Source: a virus (Duplodnaviria; Heunggongvirae; Uroviricota; Caudoviricetes). From it: a stretch of 4,631 bases of DNA. The position numbers were made by a program, and so were the translations under genes. Positions within the stretch are counted from its first letter, which is position 1, and every line of letters starts with the position of its first letter. The notes below the pieces were generated by a model that did not search any database, was not told the origin of the DNA, and saw only the letters and a list, made by a program, of their open reading frames with translations. The stretch spans positions 1 to 4,631 of IMG/VR virus record IMGVR_UViG_648276648_000005; one strand, 5' to 3'. This document shows positions 1-4,631 of this stretch, piece by piece.

Positions 1-781
1 AAATGCTCTTAGTACAGTACCGGACGATGTCCGGACTCGGCACCCCATGAAATACCTGAATATATGATGTGTTTGCAGATGCTCCCCCCGCGCCACCGCC
101 TGTACCACCCGGTGCAGTTATCAGGGAACCGAAATAAGTTGTGCCACCTTCACTACCTGAATTTCTTCCGGCTCCCCCCCCTTTACCTGCAGCACCGATA
201 ATAACGTTGACTTCGAAATCATTATCAACCTCGAAAAATGCTTCAATAAATGCACCGCTCAATCCAGCTCCGGCTGTTGCCTGCTGATTTGCTGTTGTTT
301 CAGGAACCCCACCGCCGCCGCCACCGCCACCAGAGGCAATGACCCTTATCTTTTTTGTCCCTGGTGTTGGGATATATTTTCCAGAGCTTTTAAAAATATT
401 CGTGTTTAACAAACGACCAGAGAATCTGGCTTCTCCCAAACCAAGGTTTTCGAGAGCCGTTTTCACCGTGCCATCCGATTTGATATCACCAAACGGATTC
501 TTGCGGCTCAGGTATTCAACAGCAAACCCCGATCCCAGCAATTCAACAAAACCGGGCAGATCACCATTATCAAGCACATCCCGTTGCGTTTTGTCACTTA
601 CAAACTGGGCCAGAGCTGCAGCAATAAAGCTGGCCTGCCGAATAACCTTATTGACTTGCGCACTGGATGCTTTCCCTGCTGTAAATCCGGATAAAAGCGC
701 AGGCAACGCTTCCCATTCCTCCTGCGACATAACATTGGCATTTTTACCCGTTGCGAATGCTTTAAAGTCATTTTTTGCCAT
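1..781 (-). CDS. Tail fibre protein, N-terminal ~260 codons (gene continues beyond the window start); glycine-rich central region
   Basis: Minus-strand ATG at 781..779 overlaps the stop of the upstream gene. I scanned the frame by hand and found no stop down to position 2. The ORF track omits it, presumably because it has no in-window stop. Translation begins [33 protein letters not shown] and later contains a Gly8 run and further GGxGG motifs typical of phage fibre proteins. Its position right after the baseplate genes fits a fibre gene. Confidence 0.75.
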   Translation of the reverse strand, partial: MAKNDFKAFATGKNANVMSQEEWEALPALLSGFTAGKASSAQVNKVIRQASFIAAALAQFVSDKTQRDVLDNGDLPGFVELLGSGFAVEYLSRKNPFGDIKSDGTVKTALENLGLGEARFSGRLLNTNIFKSSGKYIPTPGTKKIRVIASGGGGGGGGVPETTANQQATAGAGLSGAFIEAFFEVDNDFEVNVIIGAAGKGGGAGRNSGSEGGTTYFGSLITAPGGTGGGAGGASANTSYIQVFHGVPSPDIVRYCTKSI

Positions 782-1461
782 CAGAGTAATACTCCCCATG
801 CCCCTACATCAAAACCACTGATGAATTCGTTATCCATATCAAAACCAAAAAATTTTGAACCTTCCGATGGGGTTTCCACCGAAGGTGTTTCAATGCCACC
901 CGCCCACACCCCGGCGGCTTTTACTGTGAGATATCCCTGTTTAATTGCAGCAATTAACTCACGCGATACATCTGAAATATCAGTATCAGGAAAGACCCAG
1001 ACCGATATCGTCATGTCCTGGTTATCGACAATCTGCATTCGCAGCCCGGATCCTGCTGTTGCCGCGTCAAGAATTGCCGGAAGCGAATCATTCCGTCCGT
1101 CCCAGTTATTAATCGCAATCTTCGCTTTAAGAATGACACGATAAGTTTCATCGCTGAGATACATGTATCCAGAATCAGGATCATATGGCCCCTGCCATAC
1201 CCCCTGATCATATCCAAGCCCGTCGGTATCCCAGCTGAAATAGACACCTGAGATAGGCTGGCTGACAACACGGCTACGTCCGATCCACAATCCCAGAATG
1301 TCAAGTTGCACACCAACCGCAGAGTCAATATCAAATGCAGTAATCAGCCCTCTGGTGGCAGCCGCAACATCAATAAGCGGCCGGGTCATCAGATCAACAT
1401 GCGCAAGAAATTTAGGTTTGGTGGCGTGGTAGTTCGTGATTAGTTCGGTGTATTTGCTCAT
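781..1461 (-). CDS. Baseplate/tail protein, Mu gp48-like (e14 YmfQ-like, DUF2313-type)
   Basis: 226-aa ORF whose start overlaps the stop of the J-like gene (ATGA at 1458..1461) and whose stop overlaps the fibre start at 781. Size and position immediately downstream of baseplate J match the gp48/gpI-type wedge protein. The family assignment is from gene order and recollection, not a search. Confidence 0.7.
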   Translation of the reverse strand: MSKYTELITNYHATKPKFLAHVDLMTRPLIDVAAATRGLITAFDIDSAVGVQLDILGLWIGRSRVVSQPISGVYFSWDTDGLGYDQGVWQGPYDPDSGYMYLSDETYRVILKAKIAINNWDGRNDSLPAILDAATAGSGLRMQIVDNQDMTISVWVFPDTDISDVSRELIAAIKQGYLTVKAAGVWAGGIETPSVETPSEGSKFFGFDMDNEFISGFDVGAWGVLL

Positions 1462-2657
1462 GACTCCACCGTTATAACGATATTTTCCGGGGTACAGGAC
1501 GCAGATTCGTTGTATCTGATATCAATGTTTGATGACGACAAAGCCCCCGGGGATTTCCCAATCGTCAGTTCCTGAATATCGTAATAGCGTGCATTCCCGC
1601 CACTCACCACGCCAAGATTGGCCGGTGAGTAAATGCGACTTAAAAGGACTGAATCACCAATCGTCAGACTATTGATATAGTCGGAAATAGCCTGCTGGAT
1701 CTGCTGCCCTATCTGTGAGGTATAACCCGTAAAAACTTTTAATTTAATCCGGGCATAAACAGGTACATCACTGGAACGCGAGAATTTGATTACATGGGGA
1801 TTGCCGTATTTATCCGGAACCGTAACGGATGTTGTACCGTGAGTGGCTGTCCCCTGACCTTTATTCCCTCTGATAGCCTGAGCAATATCCGTCACATCAC
1901 CGCCATCCACAATTACAGCAACAGAGTGTGGTGGTAACCCGTTACCGTCCTCCGAACCAGTATCGTTTTCATAGAGTTTGTGGCGGGTTACACCGGTAAC
2001 ATTAGAAACAGCACCATCCAGTGCTTCAAATGGGGTTATTGATGGCAATGCAACACTTTGCGACTGGCGGATACGTAACTCCGCGTCAGTTTCTGCCGGA
2101 GTGCCCACAGTAGCTGCAGCAGGATTGGTTACCGAAACCCAGCCACGGGTTGGCGTATTAATTTCAGTGATAGTTCCAGCCAGCGCCGCCACTGCACCAC
2201 TGACGGAACATGTTGCGGTCACCATCACTGTACCATCCACGCCGACCACCACTGAAGCAGGCAAACGCCATATCACATTATTACTGTCTTTCACGCTGCC
2301 ATTAATGATGGTTGTTCCGGCAGTTCCTGTAAGAAGCAAATCAACCGTAGAATTCGTCGCGCCTTTACGTGAAATACCATTTATTTTCACGTTACTGGTC
2401 AGTGCGGCCCCATAGCCGGTTGCTGGTGAAAAACAGTTGTAGACAGTTATCGCCATATTATTGGCATCATGAATCGCCAGCGCCATCAGAGCCACCATCT
2501 GACCGTCTTTACTGTCCGGTTCGAGGTAGGCATCACTACCATAAATCTGCTGAAAATAGCTAATCAGGGTGCTGAGTATCGTCTGATAATCAGGCGCACT
2601 GATCCCCTCCGCGGTTACCTTTGCAGATAAACCGAGAGAATCAAGGTTCAGAGCCAT
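1458..2657 (-). CDS. Baseplate J-like protein (Mu gp47 / P2 gpJ family)
   Basis: 399-aa ORF, the largest in the cluster, with a Thr/Gly/Val-rich beta-type composition. It lies between the small gp46-like and gp48-like genes, and its start at 2657..2655 overlaps the upstream stop (TAATG). Confidence 0.8.
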   Translation of the reverse strand: MALNLDSLGLSAKVTAEGISAPDYQTILSTLISYFQQIYGSDAYLEPDSKDGQMVALMALAIHDANNMAITVYNCFSPATGYGAALTSNVKINGISRKGATNSTVDLLLTGTAGTTIINGSVKDSNNVIWRLPASVVVGVDGTVMVTATCSVSGAVAALAGTITEINTPTRGWVSVTNPAAATVGTPAETDAELRIRQSQSVALPSITPFEALDGAVSNVTGVTRHKLYENDTGSEDGNGLPPHSVAVIVDGGDVTDIAQAIRGNKGQGTATHGTTSVTVPDKYGNPHVIKFSRSSDVPVYARIKLKVFTGYTSQIGQQIQQAISDYINSLTIGDSVLLSRIYSPANLGVVSGGNARYYDIQELTIGKSPGALSSSNIDIRYNESASCTPENIVITVES

Positions 2658-3010
2658 TACGCCTCCGATGTAACAGTCGTTATTCCATAGAGAGTGTCGA
2701 TTTCAGCGGAAAACATGACACGTCGGGTCGTGGTATCCACCGTCGTATTGAAAGAGAGGATTGATTTAACGCCCTGCGTTTCGAGGATGCGCTTACGGAT
2801 CGCCAGGTTGTAAGTTTCTGGTTTTTGCCTGCCCAGCACGGACTGGATCCACGGTGTTCCCTCTGTGGTATCAAGAAACCATTGCCCATACCACAATTCG
2901 AATCGCGTTTTCACAGCCTGCGCTACGGCCTCAGGCGAGTTAATCAGCCAGGTGTCATCACCGCTGCCAAAGGTGTAATCGCCATCGGCGTCTTCACGTC
3001 TGTATCGCAT
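2657..3010 (-). CDS. Small baseplate protein, Mu gp46-like (W-type wedge subunit)
   Basis: 117-aa ORF sitting between the spike and J-like genes, with overlapping stop/start codons at both ends. The call is by size and synteny. Confidence 0.65.
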   Translation of the reverse strand: MRYRREDADGDYTFGSGDDTWLINSPEAVAQAVKTRFELWYGQWFLDTTEGTPWIQSVLGRQKPETYNLAIRKRILETQGVKSILSFNTTVDTTTRRVMFSAEIDTLYGITTVTSEA

Positions 3011-3762
3011 CAGTTTACCCCGTCGGTACTGCTTCCACCACGCTGAACACCACCATGAGTGTGTGTATCATCGATTGGCTTGCCATTAGCCTTCACGCTC
3101 CCCAAAAACTCAACAGCACCAGTGATTTTTGAAGCCACACCAGAAACCACAGACCCCACCATGCCCCCCATCCAGGTTAACAGGCCATGAATGGTTACTT
3201 TCTCAGAAAAATCAGCCAGAGGGGCAACCACATCAAGACCACCTGGAGCGACAATTTTAATTTTCCTGGTATCAGGATTAAGCTCAAAATAGGTGCTGCC
3301 GTCATCACTACGCAACTGTGTGGCACTGGTATTAATACCGCTAATCTTCCTTGCCTGCGACTGGGGACCGACAATACAAAACGCATCCGATAAATCATGC
3401 ATTCTGTCATCGACCGACTCCTGTATCCCGCCACTCTGCCACCAGAAATCAATACAACGATCGGCAAAAATCACCAAACATTCATCACCGGCTTTAACTG
3501 GGAACGTTAGCGTACATCCTCCGCCGCGCGGGAATACCACTGGCACATCCACCAGCAATGGGTAATTTTTGGTAATGCGGTTGCCGTCATTATCCTTTTC
3601 AACCGAACGGATAGCAGGCTGCACAACTGCCGTCACCGCATCAGGATCGAATGACTGAATAATGCCAGGCAAGGCGACACGGATCTGGTTCTTTGTTGTT
3701 TCCCGTTCAGATTTGAATGTTTCGGCAAGGTCGCCGCTGCGGGTCTGGTCAGATACTGCCAT
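3010..3762 (-). CDS. Baseplate central spike/assembly protein (Mu gp45 / P2 gpV-like) with a His-rich C-terminal tip
   Basis: 250-aa ORF with a GGAG ribosome-binding site 8 nt upstream of the ATG at 3762..3760. The N-terminal half has an OB-fold-like pattern (LVDVPVVFPRGGG...DECLVIFADRCIDFWW). The C-terminus carries DDTHTHGGVQRGG, resembling the metal-binding apex of spike proteins. Confidence 0.7.
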   Translation of the reverse strand: MAVSDQTRSGDLAETFKSERETTKNQIRVALPGIIQSFDPDAVTAVVQPAIRSVEKDNDGNRITKNYPLLVDVPVVFPRGGGCTLTFPVKAGDECLVIFADRCIDFWWQSGGIQESVDDRMHDLSDAFCIVGPQSQARKISGINTSATQLRSDDGSTYFELNPDTRKIKIVAPGGLDVVAPLADFSEKVTIHGLLTWMGGMVGSVVSGVASKITGAVEFLGSVKANGKPIDDTHTHGGVQRGGSSTDGVN

Positions 3763-3781
3763 TTAGTAGGCTCCAGAAAGC

Positions 3782-3804
3782 AAAAAACCCGCCGAAGCGG
3801 GTTT
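3782..3804 (-). terminator. Rho-independent terminator downstream of the 131-aa ORF
   Basis: On the minus strand the sequence is AAACCCGC-TTCG-GCGGGTTT followed by TTT: a perfect 8-bp stem with a UUCG tetraloop and a U-tract, 18 nt after the ORF stop at 3822. On the plus strand the stem is followed by only three T, so it is effectively unidirectional. Confidence 0.75.
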
Positions 3805-3821
3805 GATAACGTTAATTTTAT

Positions 3822-4217
3822 TCATGAAACTCTAGCAGACTTTAGCTGTTCCCAGCGCTCAAAATAGAGTTCAGCAGCCTCGATTGCATCCTGTCCCATC
3901 TCTTTCGAAACAGTCACATTCGTCAGATCATAGTCAGCTTCATTTCTAGCATCCCGCCACTGGCGAAGTACGAAAGCTAGGGATTTCAGTGTATTTGTCG
4001 GGTATGGCTCTGATTTGCACTCTGAGGGCGTTGACATATAACCCACAGTATTTTTGTGATGCTCATGGGTAAAATGCGGTATGGCAGTAAGTGAGCTAAT
4101 AGACTCATGTAACATACTGTAATACGCCCTTGAGATAGCGCTTCGAAATCCACTCTCAATATTTTCAGACAGACATAATCGAGCGGTATCGAGAATCTGA
4201 TTGCTAGTTACCGACAT
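3822..4217 (-). CDS. Hypothetical protein, possibly HEPN-like (candidate orphan toxin/defence cargo gene)
   Basis: 131-aa ORF with a GGTGA ribosome-binding site 6 nt upstream of the ATG at 4217..4215 and its own terminator. Hand-counted GC is about 44% against about 52% for the neighbouring baseplate genes. The protein looks all-helical, with an N-terminal pattern (ARLCLSENIESGF-RSAISRAYYSMLHESISSL) and a C-terminal RDARNEADYD resembling HEPN motifs. The functional call is inference only. Confidence 0.6.
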   Translation of the reverse strand: MSVTSNQILDTARLCLSENIESGFRSAISRAYYSMLHESISSLTAIPHFTHEHHKNTVGYMSTPSECKSEPYPTNTLKSLAFVLRQWRDARNEADYDLTNVTVSKEMGQDAIEAAELYFERWEQLKSARVS

Positions 4218-4231
4218 GGTAGCTCACCCCC

Positions 4232-4260
4232 TGACCTGCTCCCCGTTGATTAGTACACCC
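4232..4260 (+). repeat. Putative left terminal inverted repeat (IRL) of the IS element; inner boundary approximate
   Basis: Begins with TGACCTGC. The right end is outside the window, so the IR length and the target-site duplication cannot be confirmed. Confidence 0.45.
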
Positions 4261-4273
4261 CGATGTTAGTAAT
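4246..4273 (+). promoter_or_regulatory. Candidate orfA promoter (-35 TTGATT, 16-nt spacer, -10 AGTAAT) inside the IS left end
   Basis: TTGATT at 4246..4251 and AGTAAT at 4268..4273, upstream of a GAGGA ribosome-binding site at 4291..4295 and the orfA ATG at 4303. This is hexamer matching by eye only. Confidence 0.3.
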
Positions 4274-4302
4274 GTCTTCATAAGCCACATGAGGACATCC
4301 CC

Positions 4303-4566
4303 ATGAAGAAGCGTTTTTCCGACGAACAGATCATCAGTATTCTCCGCGAAGCCGAAGCTGGGGTACCCGCCCGTGAACTCTGCCGCAAGCATGCCATTTC
4401 CGATGCCACGTTTTACACCTGGCGTAAGAAGTATGGCGGTATGGAGGTGCCTGAAGTTAAGCGCCTGAAGTCGCTTGAGGAAGAGAACGCCAGACTCAAG
4501 AAGCTGCTTGCCGAAGCCATGCTGGATAAAGAGGCGCTTCAGGTGGCTCTTGGGCGAAAGTACTGA
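4303..4566 (+). CDS. IS3-family transposase OrfA (HTH DNA-binding domain plus leucine-zipper region)
   Basis: 87-aa ORF MKKRFSDEQIISILREAEAGVPARELCRKHAISDATFYTWRKKYGG...LEEENARLKKLLAEAMLDKEALQVAL. The helix-turn-helix and heptad-leucine pattern is characteristic of IS3/IS407 OrfA. GAGGA ribosome-binding site 7 nt upstream. Confidence 0.9.
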   Translation: MKKRFSDEQIISILREAEAGVPARELCRKHAISDATFYTWRKKYGGMEVPEVKRLKSLEEENARLKKLLAEAMLDKEALQVALGRKY

Positions 4567-4631
4567 CGACAGACCAGAAGCGGGAAGCCGTGATGTTGAT
4601 GTGTGATGCGACCGGTCTGTCGCAACGTCGT
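4530..4631 (+). CDS. IS3-family transposase OrfB, N-terminal part (-1 frame relative to orfA; expressed as OrfAB by frameshifting; partial)
   Basis: The -1 frame is open from 4530 to the window end and reads ...KVLTTDQKREAVMLMCDATGLSQRR, a typical OrfB N-terminus. It has no start codon of its own, which implies fusion to OrfA by frameshift. Confidence 0.7.
4557..4622 (+). promoter_or_regulatory. Programmed -1 ribosomal frameshift signal: A_AAG slippery motif plus downstream stem-loop
   Basis: A_AAG at 4557..4560 is the last Lys codon of orfA, followed by a 6-nt spacer containing the orfA stop. Then 4567..4575 CGACAGACC pairs perfectly with 4614..4622 GGTCTGTCG (9 bp) across a 38-nt loop. Confidence 0.55.

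Larger units (their letters stand above)
4232..4631 (+). mobile_element. IS3-family insertion sequence (IS407-group-like), left end and transposase genes; partial, continues beyond the window end
   Basis: The terminus begins 5'-TGACCTGCTCCCC at 4232, which fits the IS3-family TG...CA ends and the IS407-group terminus as I recall it. It is followed by orfA and an overlapping orfB in the -1 frame with an A_AAG slippery site. Confidence 0.8.

Noticed and set aside
339-821. 160-aa plus-strand ORF in the track
   Set aside because: It is antisense to the longer minus-strand tail-fibre ORF, which is open across the whole of 2..781 and has a coupled ATGA start at 781. It has no convincing ribosome-binding site, and its proline- and serine-rich low-complexity translation is typical of reading a Gly-rich gene backwards.
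821-1334. Two 107-aa ORFs (821..1144 plus, 1011..1334 minus) inside the gp48-like gene
   Set aside because: Both are fully embedded in the 226-aa minus-strand gene, antisense or out of frame, and best explained as chance ORFs.
1978-2563. 145-aa and 64-aa plus-strand ORFs inside the baseplate J-like gene
   Set aside because: Antisense to a well-supported 399-aa gene; the translation is low-complexity.
2680-3565. Several 68 to 90-aa ORFs on both strands overlapping the gp46-like and spike genes
   Set aside because: All are embedded in or antisense to longer coupled genes, with no independent start signals.
3782-3804. Hairpin acting as a plus-strand or bidirectional terminator
   Set aside because: On the plus strand the stem is followed by TTTGATAACG, only three T, and no plus-strand gene ends nearby. 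It is convincing only for the minus strand.
4218-4300. Outward-reading promoter in the IS end driving the 131-aa ORF
   Set aside because: The best -10-like match on the minus strand is weak (ACTAAT after TG) with no clear -35. It is kept only as a hypothesis within the IS-junction finding.
4204-4392. 62-aa minus-strand ORF spanning the IS left end
   Set aside because: It crosses the IS terminal repeat and is antisense to the orfA promoter and start. The overlapping orfA call is far stronger.
1-4631. CRISPR arrays, tRNA or rRNA genes, integrase attachment sites, invertase crossover sites
   Set aside because: I saw no spaced direct repeats, cloverleaf-compatible segments or rRNA-like sequence. 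Fibre-inversion sites would lie at the 3' end of the fibre gene, outside this window.

Overview
The window reads as a fragment of a Mu-like/e14-like prophage tail module on the minus strand, followed by a small cargo gene and the left end of an IS3-family insertion sequence. From right to left the minus strand carries five translationally coupled genes with overlapping stop/start codons: a central spike protein (3762..3010), a small gp46-like baseplate protein (3010..2657), a baseplate J-like protein (2657..1458), a gp48/YmfQ-like baseplate protein (1461..781) and the 5' part of a glycine-rich tail-fibre gene (781..1, running off the window). Upstream of the spike gene the expected hub, DNA-circularisation and tape-measure genes are absent. 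In their place is a 131-aa ORF (4217..3822, minus) with its own ribosome-binding site and a strong intrinsic terminator, about 44% GC against about 52% for the baseplate genes by hand count. Its sequence pattern suggests a HEPN-like fold, making it the best candidate for an uncharacterised toxin or defence-type cargo gene, though this rests on motif reading alone. From 4232 to the window end lies an IS3-family element (IS407-group-like) with OrfA, the start of OrfB in the -1 frame, an A_AAG slippery site and a downstream 9-bp stem. No rRNA, tRNA or CRISPR features were seen. All homology statements come from reading the translations, not from database searches.
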